From: Syncephalis fuscata S228
Lineage: Eukaryota > Fungi > Zoopagomycota
Assembly (NCBI GenBank): GCA_025786725.1
Contig: JAHLTZ010000018.1
Span: 1-64,000, forward strand
DNA length: 64,000 bases
Direction of reading: 5' to 3'
The translations under genes were made by a program, and so were the position numbers. Shown here in pieces: positions 1 through 12,417 of this stretch (position 1 is the stretch's first letter; every line of letters begins with the position of its first letter). The notes below the pieces were generated by a model that was given only the letters and a program-made list of their open reading frames with translations, did no database searches and was not told the origin of the DNA.

Positions 1-1027
1 TCAGTTGCTTAGTAATCTACCTCATTCTATCTGTTCATCGCTAAGCTATTACTCTTACAATTGTTTGGCCGTGTAGATTCAAAAGTAAACATTACATTAT
101 CTGCTATAATCATACTATTATACTTTGATTCAAACAATAGAAGCTTTTAAAATAAATTAAACTTAACACATAATAAAATAAACTAATAAACAGCATCATA
201 ACCATTATACTTATGCTCTATATCCTATCCACTATGGTAATGCCATTCTATCCTAGTCAAACATAGTGATTTTAATGACAAGCTAAACAACTGTGATTTC
301 AAAAGTTAAAAAACAATGGCCATTTTCAATAAAATATCTTATCGTAATGCTACCATTTTGATGTTATGTTTGTATTGCTATGACGATGTGACTATTGGAT
401 AAACCGTGTTATTAAACTAATTGTTAACATCGTATGTGAATGGACAATAATATATATCAAATATCGATAGCAATTAATAACAATAAAAACAGCAATTACG
501 ATCATATGATCAATAAATACTTGCTAGTTGTAAATGTGTGAGCAATCGTATTAATAATGCACTGTGTTAATGGGCAGTACAGAACATCCAAGTATATATC
601 GCTGACACTATTATTTATTTGTGACATTTATTTATAAATGATAATCCATTGCTATTCTGCATTTATTTTGTTCATTAAAAGCAATAAACTAAATACAATG
701 CTGTTGAGTTTATGACATTTTAAACTTGTCTAAACTAATCACTTATAATATACTAGAGTCATTAGACAACAAATAATCAATTTGCGCTAATAGTGCCAAC
801 ATCAACAGCAATTTTTTTCAAAATGGATTATGCTATTTGATTGTATCGACATTAACAATGACAACCTTTTAAATATAAACTGTTTAGTCTGACTCAAATT
901 CATGAGTAAATTAGTAAACTAAAGACGATGGACTGTAATAAAATAACTTTTATTAATTAAAACTCTTGATGCTGGTCTAGTTCTAATGTTATCCATTATT
1001 CTATTTCAATTGTAGGTCGTTGCTTGT

Positions 1028-1513
1028 TTAGCATTTTGGGAGGTCCTTTGGCAGTTTAACATTGCGACCAAAGTTTTGTGTCCAGTAAGCTCGACCGCTG
1101 CTGTCTAAAGCCATGCCACTGCCGAAATGCGTAGCATCGCTTACTAGATTCCTGAGATGGCCAGGCGAGTTGATCCAGCTGTTCATGACTTGCTCCATAG
1201 ATGTCTGTCCACCTGCAACATTTTCGCTTACACTGTTCCATCCACCACCGCCGGCGGAACAGCGCTGCATTAAGCCAAGCTCACCAGGAAGTTCATGGCC
1301 GACTTGCTTGTTGCGGGCTTGAAGTGTACTATGGTCCTGTGCAGCTTTGTTTAGGCCGACATAAACTGCAAATGGTGGAAGCTTTTTTCCAGCGCGGAAT
1401 TTGTTGACCAGGCAAATCATCTTTGTTGGATCGAAGCTAACCGGACCGGCGCTTACTTCGATCGCACTAGCGACGAATGCAGTAATCATAACAAGAGTAG
1501 TGAGGAATTGCAT
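1028..1513 (-). CDS. Secreted CAP/SCP (PR-1/YkwD-like) domain protein, copy 1, intronless, ~161 aa
   Basis: True start is probably MQFLTTLVMITAFVASAIEVSA (signal peptide). CAP motifs: LVNKFRA, AAQDHS, ENVAGGQ...WINSPGHLRNL, YWTQNFG. Confidence 0.9.
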   Translation of the reverse strand: MQFLTTLVMITAFVASAIEVSAGPVSFDPTKMICLVNKFRAGKKLPPFAVYVGLNKAAQDHSTLQARNKQVGHELPGELGLMQRCSAGGGGWNSVSENVAGGQTSMEQVMNSWINSPGHLRNLVSDATHFGSGMALDSSGRAYWTQNFGRNVKLPKDLPKC

Positions 1514-3111
1514 GATGATAATGTTCGTAAGTTTAAACGTTGTGCGTAACAGTGGTGAGTTTAGTTGGTTGATCAGACTAGCTGTAATCAATGGCGTAAA
1601 GATGATGGCGTAATTTGTTGCAGAAGCTGTTGCTTTGAGATGCTGAATCAACCATTGACCATATAGATAGCCGAGTATTTATATTCAATCTCATATTGGC
1701 AGATATTAAAATGTGTTTCGTGATTATACCCATGACCAGGGGTGTTCTTTTTTAGGTCTTGAATGATGCAATAAACAACATCTCCAAGCACACCATGCTA
1801 AAACACACCTGTCCTTAATGGCTCTTACTTTCGTGTTTCATGTAGTCAACCAACTATCCCATTGTTATCAAATCGCATCTTCTATACATTATGTTACCAC
1901 AATTTGCCAACTATACTTGTATGCTATAAATTGTTTTTATTTTAGAAATAGTGATTTATATTAACAAATATACCAGCACATAGATCAATGTGCTATATTG
2001 TAGAACTGATTTTACTCATTATAGCACACTGCATGTTTCATATTCTTGCACGATACAAGTTTGTGCTCGCTTTATTGCATCAAAGTTTTGACCCAACCTT
2101 TGCGGTACTGGTTTGAAGTTTCATGCATTGCTGTATTTACCGATTATAATCTGTGATTTCATGCACCAGTGATAAGGCCAAGACCCATAAAAACATTCCG
2201 ATTGTTTGGTACAATATCGCTATAACTCGATAATATTGCTTTAATGACAGTCGTACTTATTATGTATATATCAGTCCAAGGCGTTGTAGTAGACCAGCAG
2301 GCAAACGATTGGATAATAAACCAATGCTGCTATAAATACGAACACTTCACGTGCAATGCAAACACAATGCTGCTATCAACTACAGCGAATCCAATTGTTA
2401 TAACATGCCAAACTTGAACATCAAATTGACAAAACGTGCTAATGTTTCAATGTTTGTCTCCAATTTGCCTGCTGATGAAACCATATTGCATAATTTATCG
2501 TATTGTAGGCATAAACCACGGCTATACAAGTAGTAGAGATAAATGATTTATTGATACTTGTGCTGGAGAACTAACAAAAAATACCTTACTTGCATTACCG
2601 ACAATAATAAGAAAAAGATAGCCTTAAACCTATCATTGATAGCATCGCCAAGCACTTCAATCGATACGCATCTGTCATAAAGTATCTATATTTAATAGCT
2701 GCGCTGTCAATATTATATTTACACATTGTGCTCATCATTGATATCAAACAACTTTTGACAGTTGGCGATCAGATTGGCAATATTCAACTACAAACAAAAA
2801 TACCAGCAGCACGTTCAACTGTAGATCTTGATTCCAAATAATAGCTACACTGGTGATGTTAATGTTCTGGCACAATGTGTAATAGTCATGAGCATTGTAA
2901 AATGACAGTATCGGTTATTGTTACTACAGATGCACATTATAAAATTTGGTATTTAATATTTCTAATAACTATGCCATCCTAACTTGTAATATTTGTTATT
3001 TCTAATGGCTATGGCAAACTCGAAATGTGCCATTTGTGTTTTAATATCTATTACCATCATAAAATGTGAATTAAAAACAATAGTAATCGTTTAATTAATA
3101 AAATGCTAAAG

Positions 3112-3903
3112 CTACGTATAACTTTACGTATAATAAAGCAAATTGCTTGATATTTTGCACAAGTGTGCGTATAACATGTAAGTAGCTATTGGCAACGTAT
3201 ATCGTTATTGTATCGTGTGATGGTGTAATAATTATAATAATACGCTAATAAATGTGCAAAAATGGCAGTTTTTAGTCATTTATGGCTTGTATAAACAAAC
3301 TACAGCAAAATGATTGCCAGATTCGAGTTCCCTGTGCTTGGCTGTATCGTTTGGTATGACTTATAGAACAATGATTTTTGTAAAAAATGTTAGCCGAAAA
3401 TACGATTTACGTGTAAATAGTAACAAAAATTCAAGCTATATGTATATCAATAGCATAGATTACCACTGTATATCGGTATTTGTTCATATTAACTTGTTAT
3501 TGTAATTATAGTAGAGAGTTTCAAATTTATTTAATTTCATTTAATTTTTAATATTAATTTTGAAATCATAAAGTTTAATCATCTTTTTGTTAATAAATAT
3601 TTACGTAAATCGTATTTTTGGCTAACATTTTTTGCAAAAATCATTGTTCTATAAGTGATACCAAACGATACAGCCAAGCACGGGGAACTCGAATCTGGCA
3701 ATCATTTTGCTGTATTTTGTTTATACATGTCATAAATGACTAAAAACTGCCATTTTTGCACATTTATTAGCGTATTATTATAATTATTACACCATCACAC
3801 AATACAATAACGGTATACTTTGCCAGTAGCTACTTACATGTTATACGCATACTTGTGCAAAATATCAAGCAATTTGCTTTATTTTACATGAAACTATACT
3901 TAG
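3112..3903. mobile_element. Non-autonomous foldback/MITE-like element with ~300-bp inverted arms, copy 1
   Basis: ~3112-3412 is the reverse complement of ~3603-3903 (e.g. attgccagattcgagttcc / ggaactcgaatctggcaat), with a ~190-bp AT-rich spacer and no real ORF. Confidence 0.8.
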
Positions 3904-4130
3904 TATTGTTACAACACCAGTAATGTGATGATGTAACGTTGATTAAGCAATCAGGGGAAGAAAGGAAATCAAACAATGTAATTTATTCAAATATTATTAT
4001 AATAATTCAATAAAGCAATTGTTATTAATATTATGTAACTTTAACCTTTAATGGCAGCTCGAATCAGTAGAGTTATAACAGAAGCTGCAACTGTATAAAT
4101 TATGACAACAAACTATAATAAATTTAACAC

Positions 4131-4655
4131 TGTTTATAAATATTGACTGACAGGTTCCACGTCTCACAATCTACGTCATCATATTTTTCTTTCTCTTTCT
4201 TTACACTTGATAGCATATATTTGTACATTCCATATATGCTTCATAGATAGTGTTATTAGTCAAATACAAACAATATTTATATTACTCTCTTGAAATGCTC
4301 TTTTGTGATCCGACCTCTTTTTACAAATCATTTTTATCACTCTGATCATTAGTATTAATGGTTTTGTTGGCATAGTAATTGCATCTTTGACTTTTTATAC
4401 TATGTTGAATATATGTTGTAAAGCCTCGCTGTATGCTTTGTTTTTGTTATGACTACTACTACAGATCGCACTGTCAGTATAGTCGCTAAGCAAGTCTTTA
4501 GCGCCAGTACAGCAGTGTGATCTGCTACTGTGTGTTTGCACAGTTATCAATACGATGGATATGTTAGCTATCTGCGCTGTTACCTTTCCACCAACTGCCT
4601 TCATTGCTTTTTCCACCACCTGAATAATCCCACTCATCAGTACTTGTTCCTGAAA
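4131..4655 (-). mobile_element. Degenerate Copia-like 3' relic (RNase H remnant + LTR-like end), mirror of 30660-31184
   Basis: Part of the duplicated arm; homologous to 35630-36180, where Copia RNase H-like motifs are readable. Confidence 0.45.
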
Positions 4656-6266
4656 AGTAGCTGGTTGTGACTAAGCAATATTGCATCGAAAGTTTCATTA
4701 TTGCGCTACTTTTCCTGGACTAGTAGTGTAGCCGGTGTCAGCATTCGTGGCCAACCATTGACCACGTACTTTCTAGATATATAACCTATCAGTTTATAGT
4801 TTAAATACGTGTCATTTTAAATTATTAAATAAGCATTGCTGCATTTATTGATTTAATAGATTTCTGCAAACACAAATGATACTATGCAAACAGCCGTGTA
4901 CAATTCTATTGCTAGTCGGTTGAAAATGGCACCGACAACTAATGCTAAGCTGTTACTTGCGTGTGACTGGGACTGTCATGCAATAAACCTTTTCTTTTTG
5001 TTTTATAACATTGGTCTTTTTGCCTAATTGCTGCTAACGTGATTGCATTGGTATAAATTTTAAAATGAAATAATGCTATTATTATGCATGGTGTTCATAT
5101 TGCTATACTTTGATTCTAACTAAAAATGTTTAAAAACATGTATCTAGATCTATGCAATATCATTGTAGCCATTTGAAAGATTTGAAGGGTTAGGCTTTGA
5201 TTTTTCTAATTTAGTCTTTGTGCATGGCACTAGATGATTTCAATGTCAATATTCAAAACATCTTGCCGCTATTAATGAAAAGTGAATTGGTTTATTACAA
5301 TCTTTACCTTCAAATTTAAATGACTGAATAAACTAAGTAGTTTATAATAGGTGCTGAGTGTTGATGGCTATAACAATAGTAAACGTATGGTGATATACTT
5401 AATAATTACAGCAATGCCTTTAGATACAGTCTTTATATTCTAATTATATTGGCATAGCTATTCGACAATATAGGGCACTAACATCAATAATGATAATAAA
5501 ATAAAACTGTAAAGTAATCGGTACCTACTAACAAACTGGATAATCATTAAATTGCTTATAACGTTTAATAATAAACAAAAAGCTTAAGAATTTGCCGTTT
5601 AATATATTTAATAAAATCTAAATTTAAATTAAGTATCTATTCTAGTTGAATTTGTTGTTTTCAGATTGGTTTATCTGCTTTGATGGTTAGATAGTTTTTG
5701 TCTAGAAATATTATGTTCAGTTAACTTTGTATTGCTCTATTATTAGCTGTATTTACTATAAAATGATAGCTTTATTCAACATCAATAAATTTAATTGGCT
5801 TTAGTTCTATTTTATTTTTATGTATTATTATACTAGCTATTTAATGCTCAATATATAACGTGTTTGCCATCAAAACAATATTAACCAACCAACACATTAT
5901 ATTTTGAGTTTTAATACATTATCGACAAAAGTCAAAGGCTAATGCTATATAATAACCTAAGGATAAATGATTGCTTGATCGCTCAAAATACAGTTTCTAA
6001 AAACAGAGTTGTAACAATATTTATAGTAATACTAATATAGCTAATTAATATTAGTATCGTCAGAGTTATAAATTATATTGGTTACCAATAGTCATTGCTA
6101 GGTAATTTCACGTGAAAACATTTTGCTTCGTTTAAACGAATAGAGTATGACCATATGGTCGTACAACTCGCCTATTATAAAATATATGACGGGCCCTGCT
6201 AGAACACCTACAAAAAAGTTTATTCCTACTTTTTGTTATTTTTCTTATTCCTTACTATCTGTTGAA

Positions 6267-7745
6267 ATGCGGGTTGTTATAATTGGCGCTGGCTTTTCGG
6301 GTTTATCCGCCGGCAAGTATCGCGCAGTCAATAGCTTATCAATTTACTAAATTGCTATTATTAACAGCAAAAGAATTGCGCAAATATGGTATTGTTCCGA
6401 TAGTCTTAGAAGCAAGAAATCGCACTGGAGGCCGTGTACACACAACTACCTTGGATAATGGTGCAGTCATGGATATAGGTGCTTATATGGTACATGGCAC
6501 CGAGGGAACCCGCTAATGCCGGCTATTGTGGCCAGTAAGGCGAAAATGACTGAAGATATATTGCATGCCATATTTCCACGTCCCTACAGCGAGCCCATTG
6601 TAGATGATGCTGCCAGCACAATAATTGGTGCAGTTGAAGACTATCAAAAAAATTTAAGTGGACAAGATGTCGATGACAGTAATGGTATTAGCGATAATTT
6701 GTCATTAAGAGATGGCTATAATGAATGGTACAAAGCGGCAGCAGAAGAGCATAATGTTGATCCTGGACTGTTGTACGATATAATTGATACGGCATCCGAT
6801 TATAACGGTGTGGAATTGAAAAAGATTTCTTTAAAACATTTTGGTAAATGTATTGAGTATAGAGGTCCTCACTATATTGTATTAGATGGCATGGAAAGCG
6901 TGCTAAGAGAGGTAGTGGGTCAGGATGTAATGGACTCTGTTTATACAAAGCATGTTGTAAAGCAGATAGAATACACAGACAAGACAGTGCGCGTCGTCAC
7001 TGAAAATCATGGTGAATTTATTGCCGATGCAGTAATTATCACCGTGCCATTAGGTGTTTTAAAAGCTCAATCAATTGTATTTAATCCTCCGCTGCCTGAC
7101 AGAAAACTGAAGGCAATCAATCGATTGGGCTTTGGCCTACTCGATAAAATTATATTGGAGTATGAAAATGCCGAAGATGTTCCTGGATCGGGCTGGCAAC
7201 ATTACATTACCGTTCGTCCCAAAAATACCACATTAAACTCAAAATTAGACGACGATTTACTTCCGCCGAATGCAGCGCTGTTTTTCAACTTTTGTACAAT
7301 GACTAATTACCCAGTGCTTATGATCTATTTATCGGGAGACAATGCTAAAGTATTTGAAAACAAAAGCGATAAAGAAATTGCTGATCGAGTTCAGCGTCAC
7401 CTTAAACATTATTTCCCTGATACCAAGCTCAAGAATCCAGTCCGCTGTACAATGTCGCGCTGGCATCAAGACAAATATGCCTATGGCAGCTATTGCTACA
7501 TTCCAGTCAATGGTGATACAGATGATATTACAGCTATTGCCGAACCGTGTCATGCCAGTAATGGCACAGACACATTGAAAGCTACACCCGGTATTCCGAA
7601 ACAACAAGAAACGACAAAATCAGCAGCAATATTCTGGGCTGGAGAACATACTATTGTATCGCGCTACACCTACCTAGATGGTGCAATGCTATCAGGTATA
7701 CGAGCAGCAAAGGAACTACTTGATTATCATTCGGTAGGTCATTAA
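6267..7745 (+). CDS. FAD-dependent amine oxidase (polyamine oxidase/Fms1-like); one GC-AG intron (6313-6367) and an apparent 1-nt frameshift near 6508
   Basis: MRVVIIGAGFSGLSAA (GxGxxG), LEARNRTGGRVHT, ADAVIITVPLGVLK, RWHQDKYAYGSY, FWAGEHT...LDGAMLSGIRAA. Adding one A at gagggaacccgcta restores GTEGNPLMP. Confidence 0.88.
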
Positions 7746-7869
7746 ATAGTCGTTCAATAATCAACAATGGCGTGTTAGGCCAAAAACAATTTTTCAATTA
7801 AAAATTAAAGCTTTTAGTCATAGTATTCCATTATTTGTAACGATACTTTATTTTACTACAGCTAGCATA

Positions 7870-8845
7870 TTAATTATTTGCAATTACTATTTTTGGATAC
7901 GAAGATTGCCTTTTATACTTGTAACCGGGTAGATTTAACGTATTTGAAGGCTGAAATGCCTCACGAATTCCCTCATGTTGACGAATAAGTAATACAGAAG
8001 TTAACATCCCTGAAAATGACAAATTTGGTTAAACTATGGCTTTTTTGTTCAATTATCCACTTACAATCAAGTAAAAACATCATTTCTCCAATTGGACCAA
8101 AAATACTAGAGGCCGTTATGATGGCGCAAATCATATTGGAAAATACAACACCAATCAGGTAAAACAAGCCGTCGCGCTTCAGTTTTTTCCAACATTTACT
8201 GCCCAAAGCTTTGTATTGTCGAATAACAACTCGAAGAAATATTATAGAAAATAAAATATTAATAGCAATATCAAGGACAAATCGATACCACGGGGCAAAA
8301 CTTGGGAAATGGGCGGTACATGCAGCCTGAACCGAATTCTGTGCTGAGGTCATGACCCATGCAATCCATAAAATGCCCAACTGAGGAATAATTAAAAGAA
8401 TTCCAATAATAAGAATTAAGCGGCTCTTTTTCTGCACTGCATATGCTTTTGTAAGTAGGCAGACACTGACGCAGGCGCTCGATACCGCCATACCAAACGA
8501 CGAAACCCATACATTAATACGGCATCGAGAGCCGCCAGGAAAAATCGAAGAAATGGCATTAAGTGCCATGATTATCCCCATGACAGCCTGTAGAAAGCAA
8601 CACCAATTGGCGACGCTTTTGGTTCGATGTCTAATGAGCTTGAAGGCACGCCAGCTATTACGAAAAAATATAGTCATAAATACGGTATTAAAAACCGTTT
8701 GGATAAAATTACTATGCGCTCGATTACGAGCATCTTCGAGACTTGTGTGCTCTAGTAAAAAGTCCCAAACGGACTGCTCACCACGTGGATCCAAATGGAT
8801 GAATCCCCATAATAATATTGTAGAATTGTTGTTAGTAGAAGTCAT
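7870..8845 (-). CDS. Orphan seven-transmembrane (GPCR-like) protein, one 3' intron
   Basis: Seven hydrophobic segments. Intron gtaagtgg...ttttcag (~8010-8063) joins LLD-WMLTSVLLIRQHEG...ANN*. Cys before TM3 (SRCR) and Cys in the TM4-5 loop (AACT). Confidence 0.75.
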
Positions 8846-9479
8846 GGCGTAAAATCGTAAGCAGAATAAAGCATAAATAGAAAGAGGTAAATATCATTCA
8901 GCAAAAACAACATTCATGAATTCAAATACTAGTATTTCCTTCAGTGCTTAATACCGAAAACGGTTTGATAAAAACATGTGGCATTTTCGGCGTTTCAGCA
9001 ACATAATTAAAGGTGAACCAGCCGCTCATGTTATGCATTACTAAAAAGGTCTTTTAGAAGGCCTCGTAACAAAATGTTTGCTTTAATTTTATATACAAAC
9101 CTCAACAAATATGCCATGTCATTGCTCATTGGCGTAGTCCATATTATATATTTATTTTGAGCACTATTTTATTAGACGACACAATAATCGTAATGGACCA
9201 CTGAAGTACCACAGTAAAAGTACTGTTTGTAAAAAATGTTACACACAGCTTGTATTTTTACCCATAAAGTCGTTTCCATTACTATACTATTTTTAAAACC
9301 CGGATTGGATTAATTATAGATTACGATGGTTGTATAATGTTTCATGATCCTGTTAAATATGAATTATTGTTAAATTTCTTGATTTTAGCATGTGGCACTC
9401 GGCATATTGCTGAGTGAATGTCATTCACTTTTTATATTAATAAAAGTCAATTTAATGTCATTAGCAAAGTATTAAAAAG

Positions 9480-10477
9480 ATATAAAGATGGTCAAGTTGG
9501 CTTTAAAGCCAAACAAAATACCGATAAGCCCTTGTGTTTATGCTTTTGAAGTTTGTACAATAGTGAAAGAAACGACGATTTGTGCTGTGGGGTAGAAGAC
9601 GGCTTATTATTGAATAGTCATAGCGATGCTCATGGCAAAATCGGCCAATGTACTGACACCAAAAAGTGCACCGACCAACGGGCCAAAAGGCACAGAACTA
9701 AAGCCAAACAATACGGGAAAGATACGGAGATCACGCCTTGTAGCGGCAATTTCATCACCGGCAAGTTATTTTGAGGGCAAAGATGCACTATGCAGATGTG
9801 CATAAAACAATAGAGGTCAGCACAGCAGTAATAACCGGCAATAGCCATGAGAGATAAAGCTATAGCCGGTTTCATACCGTGTGACAAGTATGGAAGAGCT
9901 TGCAGTTTCAGTGTGCTGGTCGCGTGTACTCTGCCGAAACAGATACCTGCTGCAAAATCAATATTAAATAGATATAATGAAAAATAGACGTTGTTCAGAA
10001 GAGTAGCCATGCCGATGAAATAAAAATGATTAAGCCTCAATACTTATAAATCATAGTGTTGGATTATCTGTGCAAAATGCCAATGTTATTTAACTGAGAA
10101 TTTTGCCATAAGCATCGTTATGGAGAATGCGCCTGGGGCAATTGTGATATTTGTAAATGCATTTCAGAAAATCCAGTTTTTGATACGGTTAAAAAGAACA
10201 AGAATATGCAAAAGCAAACGAATACCACTACTGATACAACTTGTTAGAGTAAAGACGTCCATTGGTACAAGCAGTCAGTGGTTGTCTGTATATTGAAAAA
10301 GCGCCTGACCCATGTTATTTCGTCATCGACACTGAATAATGCAGGCGCTATACAAAATATCAGTAACTTTCTGTGAAATACATGTTAATACACTGTAGAA
10401 AGGGTGTTGCCTGGCGCAATGATAACCATTAATAAATGGCTGCAGAACTGATCGATAGCTGTATTAAAAGGCTTCAT
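9480..10477 (-). pseudogene. Pseudogenised tandem paralog of the 7TM gene at 10873-12417
   Basis: MKPFNTAIDQFCS/FINGYHC...FYSV aligns with MKTLGTSVLPTCNPYFNVYDC...FYSV. R*RNNMGQALFQYTDNH*LLVPMDVF...KNWIF*NAF aligns with RRRHGICSQIFRRADNYWLPVPMESF...NHWLVRTMF. Multiple stops and frameshifts; 3' end approximate. Confidence 0.82.
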
Positions 10478-10872
10478 ATTAATTAGAACAAGCCAACAAA
10501 TAGCTGTTTATTTCTGCTAACCAAAAGTTGTAACATACAGCACATTGTAACGATAATAAACGAAAACAGTAGCAAACCAGATGTATTGACAAGAATGTGT
10601 ATAACTATGAATTCATACTGCTGCAATGGTCTTTATCATCAAAAGACCAATTGCAAAAATTGGCAATAGTATGTATGATTAATGAAAAGTTACATACACG
10701 TGAATTAACGACCAAACTTTAAAAACATTGTGACACGAAGTTGGACAAACCGGCTAATTAAATAGGAATAATTGAAAATAATTTAATTGTAGTAATTTCT
10801 TACTGTAATTGTAACAATAATTATAATAAAACAAAAGCGCTAGTAAACGTGATTCTCTGGCGACATTGCAGT

Positions 10873-12417
10873 TTAATAGCCGTGATCTTCCGGTAGTTTT
10901 AAATCGATGAGTTCTACTATTGGCTGGTACGAAGGTATTTCAGTGCAAGTATTAGTTAATGGCAACTCAGAATAGCTTGACAAGGATGTGCGATGCAAAG
11001 TTCTTGGCGATAAAGGTATGCTACGAACAAGAGGTTCAGGTGTATAATCTTCGCCAGATAGATGTGCAATATTTAGTGGCAAGACACTTATGTTTAATAC
11101 TGCGCTGTTCTTAGGATCTATACCCTGTTCATAATGGCCCGAAATGACTCTTGTCTCTTCGATAGCGTACAGGTTGCCGCGACAATCGGGTAATGTTGAT
11201 CTGAAATATTCCTGAATCGGATATTTATTGCCATTACCGTAAGAATCGACGTTATTTTTTGCCTGCTGCGATATAGCTAAGCAATTACCATTATAATTGG
11301 GAAGGCTTTGCGAGAATCGTCGTGTTGAACGGCCCGACCAGTAAGTTCCTTCGAGGAACCGATTAATTCCAGCGCGTCGCTGAACTATTCCGTGACTATT
11401 TTGATAAATAGTAAAATAAACTACAGTTTGAACAATTGGATATAGCACGCCGTATTGAATTAAAAATATCGAAAGAAGCATCCATGATGCTGCACTTTCA
11501 GACATGTCAATGATATCCTTGTTGAAAATTCCGTGTATAGTGAAAATGATAAGTGTGGCGCAAACAAAACTTAGCAAAGCTAGGAATATACGACGGAAAC
11601 GATAAACTGCCGTAAGTTCTTCTTTTTTTGTTTTGCTGCTTGCTTGCTTACGATGAGCGTATGCTTGTATAATGCGGTAGAATCCGGTGTAGTAATATCC
11701 CGCAACAACAGTTAAGAAAAACATGGATCCCACAAGAGAGAAGGCAAAACAATGATCGGCCACACTATCATGGCTAATAATGCCCCGCTTGTAAACAAGA
11801 CCAAACCAAATGCCAGATGCAGTATTAAAGATAAACAATTGTACACAAAACACGACGGTGACCCAAAATAACACAGGTATTGATGGTACGTGTAGAAATA
11901 GGCTTATTTTCAAATCCATAATATGGCTACTGACTGCGTCTGAACGATTGGTAGGAACGGGTGATAAAGGAGGTGTGATCGCGTCAAAATTATAGTGGCG
12001 TCGTCGTGAAAAGATTGGTGGAATATGTCCAATAATCCCTGCCGTCAATAATGCAACTGTTGCAAACGACAAGGTCCATGTAATAGAATTAAACATTGTA
12101 CGAACCAGCCAATGGTTTGGCCAGCCGAATAACACCATACCATGTAGTACTAGCTTAAACACGCTGTTTATACAACTGAGCACTAGGAACGACTCCATAG
12201 GCACGGGCAGCCAGTAGTTATCGGCCCTTCGGAATATTTGCGAACAGATGCCATGTCTTCGGCGGTAAACGTAGATCCAGCCACCGTATATGAGCACTAG
12301 ACTTGTTGTGATAACACTAAAGAGAACGCTGTAAAAAGCGCGTGAAGATCCCCGACAATCATAGACATTAAAATACGGATTGCAAGTTGGCAATACCGAT
12401 GTGCCCAATGTTTTCAT
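10873..12417 (-). CDS. Orphan seven-transmembrane protein with long C-terminal tail, intronless
   Basis: Long ORF with seven hydrophobic segments, an N-terminal Cys pair and a Ser/Pro-rich tail. Start MKTLG is supported by alignment with the adjacent pseudogene. Confidence 0.8.
   Translation of the reverse strand: MKTLGTSVLPTCNPYFNVYDCRGSSRAFYSVLFSVITTSLVLIYGGWIYVYRRRHGICSQIFRRADNYWLPVPMESFLVLSCINSVFKLVLHGMVLFGWPNHWLVRTMFNSITWTLSFATVALLTAGIIGHIPPIFSRRRHYNFDAITPPLSPVPTNRSDAVSSHIMDLKISLFLHVPSIPVLFWVTVVFCVQLFIFNTASGIWFGLVYKRGIISHDSVADHCFAFSLVGSMFFLTVVAGYYYTGFYRIIQAYAHRKQASSKTKKEELTAVYRFRRIFLALLSFVCATLIIFTIHGIFNKDIIDMSESAASWMLLSIFLIQYGVLYPIVQTVVYFTIYQNSHGIVQRRAGINRFLEGTYWSGRSTRRFSQSLPNYNGNCLAISQQAKNNVDSYGNGNKYPIQEYFRSTLPDCRGNLYAIEETRVISGHYEQGIDPKNSAVLNISVLPLNIAHLSGEDYTPEPLVRSIPLSPRTLHRTSLSSYSELPLTNTCTEIPSYQPIVELIDLKLPEDHGY

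Larger units (their letters stand above)
1..5578. repeat. Left arm of large near-identical inverted duplication (runs off the left window edge)
   Basis: Base 1 (tcagttgcttagtaatc) is the reverse complement of sequence ending at 35324. The match continues to ...ttaataataaacaa at 5578, pairing with 29735. ORF track is mirrored (1028-1651 vs 33668-34291; 4395-4637 vs 30678-30920). Confidence 0.97.

Noticed and set aside
1514-1651. N-terminal 46-aa extension of the CAP ORF (also 33668-33805)
   Set aside because: Starts at TTG; the signal peptide begins at the downstream ATG, so this is likely 5' UTR.
2320-2900. Coding-like stretch in the repeat arm (ORFs 2351-2533 and 32772-32966)
   Set aside because: Short, broken frames with no recognisable motif; duplicated only as part of the arm.
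9630-10040. 136-aa hydrophobic ORF as an independent gene
   Set aside because: It is a frame-mixed piece of the 7TM pseudogene.
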